A stretch of DNA of 37,094 bases from Spirochaetales bacterium (GTDB lineage: Bacteria; Spirochaetota; Spirochaetia; Sphaerochaetales; Sphaerochaetaceae), in assembly GCA_017475725.1 (NCBI GenBank), contig JAFVFA010000052.1, forward strand, positions 1 through 37,094, in the 5' to 3' direction. Under the pieces are notes generated by a model. It searched no databases. It was not told the origin of the DNA and was given only the letters and a program-made list of their open reading frames with translations. Shown here one piece after another: positions 32,668-37,094 of the stretch (position 1 is the stretch's first letter; each line of letters begins with the position of its first letter). The position numbers and the translations under genes are program-made.

Positions 32668-34896
32668 CTATTCTTCACAGGCATCGCCGTTTACGGCTCT
32701 GACCCTGTCCACGACCAGTTCTCTGAACTTCTCGCTCAACATGGCGAAGAAGGCCGTGAAGCCTGTGACCCTGACGACAAGGTCCGGATACTTGTACGGA
32801 TCCTTGTGAGCCTCCAGTATCTTCTTGGCATCGATTATGTTGATGTTCAGAAGGGTGTTTCCGCTCTTCATTATGCCCATGACCATGGCGCACATCTTGT
32901 CGACCCCTTCCGGGTCGTTGGCTATCTGAGGGTCAACCTCAAGCTGGACGGGGGCGGTGTTCCCGTAGCCAGGCTGGATGGCGGCGATGGAGTTGCACAT
33001 GCTTGTCACAGCTCCATCCTTCCTGAAACCGCCGTTCGGGTTTGCCCCATGGTTTATGGGTTCTCCCTTCCTTCTTCCGTTGGGCGTAGCACCCAGGATC
33101 GAACCCAGAAGTATGGTGTTTGACCAGGAGAAGAAGCCCGGGATGAAGTTGACGTGCTTCGGGTTGTCGCTGTGCTGTCTGACAAGGTCCCTTACCAGAG
33201 AGGTCCAGAGTTTGGATATCCTGACGGCCCATCTGTCACCTATGGTGTCTCCGCCGCCGTATCTCTCGCTGTGGAGCATCATCTGCCTTGTGTATTCCCC
33301 GCCTTCATCGTTGAAGTCCGCATCCATGTGCCTGGTGAGTTCGGCGTAGGTGAGCTTGTGCTCTATGTCTATCCTCTGCTCGCAGGCGGCGAAACTGTCG
33401 GCCGCAACTGCCAGGCCCGCTCCGTCGACGCACATGTTGTAGTAGTTGGCCCCTCCGTCCGTTATGTTCTCCCCCTTCTCGATCAGACCGTGCTGGAAGA
33501 GGTTGAGGATCAGCTCTGGCTGGCTCTTTGTCTGGTAGGTCAGATGGTGGATTATGCCCTTTCCGGTTGCATCCACTGCTATCTTCAGATGCTTGCTGAA
33601 GTAGTCCCAGAGGACCTCTGAGCTTGGGGTTATGCTTCCGGCGTTGTCCATCATGTCCTTGTAGGCCACGGAGAACACCATTGCGATGTTGACCTTGACC
33701 GTGTCGTTCATCGTGTATTCCATGCCCGGCATGCACATCCAGTGGCATCCTGCGGCAACCCTCTTCCTTGCAAGCTCCTTGGAGTAGCCGCATCTCATGA
33801 ATCCTTCGGTGAGGGCCTTGTCGTTCGAGTATCTTGGCCATCCCTGCTTGTTCTTGAAAAGGAGCTCAACGGACTCCCTGAAGAAGACAGGGTCAAGCTT
33901 GTCATGGACCCTGATCGTCAGGTTTGTCGCGATGTTGAGCTTGTCTGCGGCGTAGAGGGCAAGGTAGCTCAGATGACAGGTCTTGTCGTTGTCGTTCTCG
34001 TCAGGTCCTCCAAGCTGCCAGTATCTGCTGTCCTGCAGGAACATGCAGGCAAGGTAGAAGATGGCCTCGTCGTCCGTGAGCCTTCCGGCTTTGATGTCAC
34101 GCTCATAGAACGGGTTGAAGAGGTCCTCAAGCTGTCCACCTGCGCTTCCTCTGTTGTAGGTTCTGCTCAGCATGCTGAACCAGTTGCTCCATTGGATGGC
34201 CTCCCTGAAGGTCTCAGGAGGATTTTCAGCTATCTTTCTGTCAATATCGGCCATTATTCTGAGGTTTTCGGAAAGCTGCTTGTTCTTCTCCTCCCTGGAG
34301 CAGGCCTCAATCTCGTCCGCGGCCCTCCTTATGAAGGCCATTATGTTCTCCACAACCTCTATCTCGGAGTCGTAGAATTCCCTGTGTGTCTCGTCATGGA
34401 GCTCCTTCTGCTCCTTGAGCTTTCTGAGTATTCCACCCCATCCGAGGTCCATTCCGATCTGGAGATCCGGTGTGAAATGGTGGCAGTTGTCTATTCCCGA
34501 TATGACCTGGTACTTGTCGAAGATGGCCTGGAGCTCAGGGTAGGCGTAGTCAGGGTTCCACTTCTTTGTCTTGGGTCTGAGTCTCTCAAGGAACAGAAAG
34601 CCCTTTGCGGAGAAGGCATCAAGGGCATCCACGTAGATTGGATGCTGCTGCAGAATGGAGCAGTAGTTCTCCGTCCATGCCTTGTAGCCGTATATGGATC
34701 CGTTGGGGTGGTTGGGTTTCAGCTTGTAGTCGAACACATTCTGGACTATAAGCCCGTAGTCGTCCTCGTCCGCTCCACCGGCCTTTGCCTTCTCTTCGGT
34801 CTGCTGGACCTTCCGCCTGCGCAGAAGTGCAATCCTCTCGTCATAGGAGAATGTCCTGTTCGGGTCGAACTCGTTTATGAATCTTATCTCGCTCAT
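32668..34896 (-). CDS. Glycyl radical enzyme, PFL2/dehydratase-like class, divergent (742 aa)
   Basis: The C-terminal glycine-radical motif is DLVVRVTGFTAFFAMLSEKFRELVVDRV (Gly712, codon 32763-32761). The candidate thiyl loop AAGCHWMCMPG carries Cys384 (codon 33747-33745), 328 aa upstream of Gly712. The internal EAIQWSNWF...GGQLEDLFNPFYERDIKAGRLTDDEAIFYLACMF matches the PFL2 core. An activase gene lies adjacent. Confidence 0.9.
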   Translation of the reverse strand: MSEIRFINEFDPNRTFSYDERIALLRRRKVQQTEEKAKAGGADEDDYGLIVQNVFDYKLKPNHPNGSIYGYKAWTENYCSILQQHPIYVDALDAFSAKGFLFLERLRPKTKKWNPDYAYPELQAIFDKYQVISGIDNCHHFTPDLQIGMDLGWGGILRKLKEQKELHDETHREFYDSEIEVVENIMAFIRRAADEIEACSREEKNKQLSENLRIMADIDRKIAENPPETFREAIQWSNWFSMLSRTYNRGSAGGQLEDLFNPFYERDIKAGRLTDDEAIFYLACMFLQDSRYWQLGGPDENDNDKTCHLSYLALYAADKLNIATNLTIRVHDKLDPVFFRESVELLFKNKQGWPRYSNDKALTEGFMRCGYSKELARKRVAAGCHWMCMPGMEYTMNDTVKVNIAMVFSVAYKDMMDNAGSITPSSEVLWDYFSKHLKIAVDATGKGIIHHLTYQTKSQPELILNLFQHGLIEKGENITDGGANYYNMCVDGAGLAVAADSFAACEQRIDIEHKLTYAELTRHMDADFNDEGGEYTRQMMLHSERYGGGDTIGDRWAVRISKLWTSLVRDLVRQHSDNPKHVNFIPGFFSWSNTILLGSILGATPNGRRKGEPINHGANPNGGFRKDGAVTSMCNSIAAIQPGYGNTAPVQLEVDPQIANDPEGVDKMCAMVMGIMKSGNTLLNINIIDAKKILEAHKDPYKYPDLVVRVTGFTAFFAMLSEKFRELVVDRVRAVNGDACEE

Positions 34897-34909
34897 CTCT
34901 TCCTCTTGT

Positions 34910-35812
34910 TCAGCTTATCTTCAGTTCCACACCTGCGTCCTGCAGCTGTTTCCGTATCTCCTCCAGGTCCTTGTTGGAATACGGCCTGCAGTCCCCGAAT
35001 GGGTCCTCCGCATCCATTGCCATGCGTTTGGAGGAGCCGAGAGGATTGTAGTTCAGAAGCTCGTAGTACTTTATGTTCCTCAGCTTGGACACGAACTCGG
35101 CAACGCCCTTGAGGTTCGTGATGTCGTTCGTGGCCCCTGGTATCAGAGGTGTCCTCACTATCATGGGGATCCCGAGAAGGGATGACCTTCCGATGTTGTT
35201 GAATATGATCTGGTTGTCAACCCCTGTGTACTTCTTGTGGGTGGGGGAGTCCACATGCTTCAGGTCGCACATGATAAGGTCCATCTTCTTCAGCATTGGC
35301 TCGATCCGGTGGTAGGGAAGGGCCATGTTGGTCTCGCAGGCTATCCTGATGCCCTCTGCGTGGCAGGCGTCGGCAAGCTCCTCTATGAAGGCCGAATGGA
35401 GAGAGGCCTCTCCTCCCGAGACCGTGACGCCACCGTCCGACAGATCGTAGTACAGCTTGTCCTGACGCACCTCCGCCATGACCTCCTCAACGGTGTATGG
35501 CTTTGAGGACATCACAAGGGCGGATGCTGTGCAGTTCTCCGCCAGATCCTCCGCATTTTTCAGTATCTTCCTGTCAATCACATGTCTGCCGCCCTCCAGC
35601 CTGACGGCGTTGGGTGGGTCGCTGAGCCTGAAGCATGTTCCGCAGCCTATGCACTTGTTGGAATAGTGCATGAGAACCGGCTTCATGGATATCGTCTCCG
35701 GATTGTGGCACCATGTGCAGTGCATGTTGCACCCCTGGAAGAACACTGTGGTCCTTATGCCTGGACCGTCGTTCAAGGAGAATCTCTGAATGTTCGTTAT
35801 CAATGCCTGCAT
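34910..35812 (-). CDS. Glycyl-radical enzyme activating protein (radical SAM)
   Basis: The N-terminus is IQRFSLNDGPGIRTTVFFQGCNMHCTWCHNPE (CX3CX2C). An auxiliary ferredoxin-type motif CIGCGTC and the SAM-binding GGVTVSGGE are present. A GGGAG RBS lies 7 nt upstream. Confidence 0.9.
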   Translation of the reverse strand: MQALITNIQRFSLNDGPGIRTTVFFQGCNMHCTWCHNPETISMKPVLMHYSNKCIGCGTCFRLSDPPNAVRLEGGRHVIDRKILKNAEDLAENCTASALVMSSKPYTVEEVMAEVRQDKLYYDLSDGGVTVSGGEASLHSAFIEELADACHAEGIRIACETNMALPYHRIEPMLKKMDLIMCDLKHVDSPTHKKYTGVDNQIIFNNIGRSSLLGIPMIVRTPLIPGATNDITNLKGVAEFVSKLRNIKYYELLNYNPLGSSKRMAMDAEDPFGDCRPYSNKDLEEIRKQLQDAGVELKIS

Positions 35813-35950
35813 CGATGACTCCCTTTTCTATATTTGTAGCGCACGTAAGCGCATACGGATTCACACTCAAAGATTAGTCACTGGGTTCACCATCAGACAA
35901 TACAAAAAAAGCGGCAAAAAAAGCGGAAATATTTGGGGCATGCTTTGGTT

Positions 35951-35985
35951 CCCATCTGATAAAATGCCCATCTGATAAAATGCCC
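35951..35985. repeat. Perfect 16-bp tandem repeat CCCATCTGATAAAATG x2 (+CCC) in the divergent GRE-operon/regulator control region
   Basis: Copies lie at 35951-35966 and 35967-35982, followed by CCC. The repeat sits 60-95 nt upstream of the regulator ATG (36045). A second short direct repeat, AAAAAAAGCGG x2, lies at 35904-35926. Confidence 0.9.
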
Positions 35986-36044
35986 TTGAAAACGCGGATG
36001 ATGGGATTTAGAATTTTCTTTGTTGAATTATTATGGGAGGGTAT

Positions 36045-37094
36045 ATGCAGCTGGACAACAAAACGATTTTTCTGATAGTTGAGCCAAACTACATGACGCC
36101 CTTCTGGTATGCACGGAGCATAGAGGGGCTGGAGGAGGCCGCGGCAAGGCACAAGCAGGAGGTCCGCAGGCTCTCTTCCATCAATGAGCTCGATGTTCAG
36201 ACAACCGCCATAGTCATAATCGGCACCACACACTCATGGATAAAGGAGACGCTGGACCAGGTCAGGTCCAGAAACCTCCGCCCGATACTGATCGGGACCA
36301 TACCGTCCAAGTACGGTGAGGATGTCTCCGGGACGATGTACGGCAGCCATTCGGCAATAGAGGAGATGGTCCACTATTTCCATTATTACGGACGCAGGAA
36401 GATCGCCCTGGTTGACATCAATGCGAATTCGTCCAACGACTCCATGAAGGTCGAGAGCTTTCTGGGCACAACCAGCAAGCTGGGTCTGGACACCTCATAC
36501 AACGACATCTTCTTCCGCAACTCAGGGTCCCAGAATGGGGATGACAAGTTCCTGCAGAACATACGGTCCTATGATGGCGTCATCTGCTCGAACGACTACT
36601 CCGCCGCCTTCCTGCTGAAGTACGCAGAGGACAACGGAATCAGGGTCCCGGACGAGCTTTTTGTGGCGGGGTTGGGGGATACATCCCTCTGCCGCTACAC
36701 CAATCCCACCCTGACATCTGCCACAAGAAGCTACTACGAGACGGGCGAGAACGCCTATGAGCTGTGGAGGACCCTGACACGCAACCCGAACGTGGAGTCA
36801 ATAGTCACTACAATGCGCAGCTACCTCAAGCCCAGAGGGAGCACGGGCTTCATGCCGGGTGTCAAGGTGGAGATCAACCAGTTCGGTGTCCCTGCCGCAA
36901 GCTCCGAGCTCGACAAGAACATAATGAGGAAGGGCGCAGACTCCCTGAAGTCAATCCAGGAATGCCTTTCCCAGTGTGACTCTGTGGACATGTCGATAAT
37001 AGCCGGAGTCCTGACCAACGACAGCAATGAAAGGCTCGCAGAGGACCTCTCAATGTCGACTGGAGCCATAAACTACAGGCTGAAGAAACTCTAC
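36045..37094 (+). CDS. Transcriptional regulator with LacI/PBP-type sugar-binding domain and C-terminal LuxR/sigma-r4-like HTH, 3'-truncated by window end
   Basis: This ORF is not in the track because it has no stop in the window; I translated it by hand from the ATG at 36045 (GGGAGG 5-10 nt upstream). The frame stays open for 350 codons to the window end. It begins directly with the PBP core (TIFLIVEPNYMTPFWYARSIEGLEEAA...RKIALVDINANSSNDSMKVESF...DGVICSNDYSAAFLLKYAEDNGIRVPDELFVAGLGDT). It ends with DMSIIAGVLTNDSNERLAEDLSMSTGAINYRLKKLY, which is HTH-like. Confidence 0.7.
   Translation, partial: MQLDNKTIFLIVEPNYMTPFWYARSIEGLEEAAARHKQEVRRLSSINELDVQTTAIVIIGTTHSWIKETLDQVRSRNLRPILIGTIPSKYGEDVSGTMYGSHSAIEEMVHYFHYYGRRKIALVDINANSSNDSMKVESFLGTTSKLGLDTSYNDIFFRNSGSQNGDDKFLQNIRSYDGVICSNDYSAAFLLKYAEDNGIRVPDELFVAGLGDTSLCRYTNPTLTSATRSYYETGENAYELWRTLTRNPNVESIVTTMRSYLKPRGSTGFMPGVKVEINQFGVPAASSELDKNIMRKGADSLKSIQECLSQCDSVDMSIIAGVLTNDSNERLAEDLSMSTGAINYRLKKLY

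Noticed and set aside
33742-35112. 456-aa plus-strand ORF antisense to the GRE and activase (also 32629-33123, 33154-33621, 29766-30188, 31161-31658)
   Set aside because: It crosses the GRE/activase gene boundary on the opposite strand. The product is Val/Leu/Arg-rich shadow-ORF sequence with no motifs. The minus-strand genes have unambiguous catalytic signatures.
35874-36233. 119-aa minus-strand ORF in the GRE/regulator intergenic region
   Set aside because: It overlaps the first 190 nt of the hand-translated regulator CDS on the opposite strand. The remainder is the repeat-containing control region. It has no RBS or motif support.
1-37094. Mobile genetic element / prophage / integron
   Set aside because: No transposase, integrase, recombinase, phage structural gene or terminal inverted repeat was recognisable. 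Only compositional mosaicism inside the giant ORFs and the AT-rich orphan hint at horizontal input.

Overview
Dense 37 kb bacterial window with about 25 protein-coding genes. I saw no rRNA, tRNA, CRISPR array, transposase or integrase. The repeated '...VSC' lipoboxes, BspA-type leucine-rich-repeat proteins and a DUF1566-type C-terminus suggest a host-associated spirochaete (Treponema-like). That origin is inference only.

Layout:
(1) 3-2515: 5'-truncated AGE-family epimerase, a Cof-type HAD phosphatase and a divergent XRE regulator.
(2) 2688-17892: six tightly packed plus-strand genes closed by a strong terminator. They encode two giant paralogous modular surface lipoproteins (2042 and 1731 aa), an AT-rich orphan cytoplasmic ORF, two LPP20/FlgP-like lipoproteins, and a CsgG/LpoB/FlgO-like domain fused to an outer-membrane beta-barrel.
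(3) 18144-27440: two orphan ATPase + PD-(D/E)xK-type genes, each preceded by its own tandem-repeat array. They bracket an Fe3+/AfuABC-type ABC importer and a divergent nagA-nagB pair. A small orphan wHTH ORF follows.
(4) 27497-35812: a seven-gene minus-strand operon. It holds a radical-SAM activase, a short divergent glycyl-radical enzyme (GRE) with a non-canonical Cys loop (GCHWMC, no Glu at +2), two cupin/PMI-type proteins, an FAD oxidoreductase, a Gfo/Idh/MocA oxidoreductase and a CaCA antiporter.
(5) 36045-37094: a divergent regulator with a LacI-type sugar-binding domain, no N-terminal HTH and a C-terminal LuxR-like HTH. It is cut by the window end.

The best candidates for an undescribed system are the GRE carbohydrate operon and the giant-lipoprotein / LPP20 / CsgG-like-barrel operon. 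All family calls rest on motif recognition by eye; no database search was possible.
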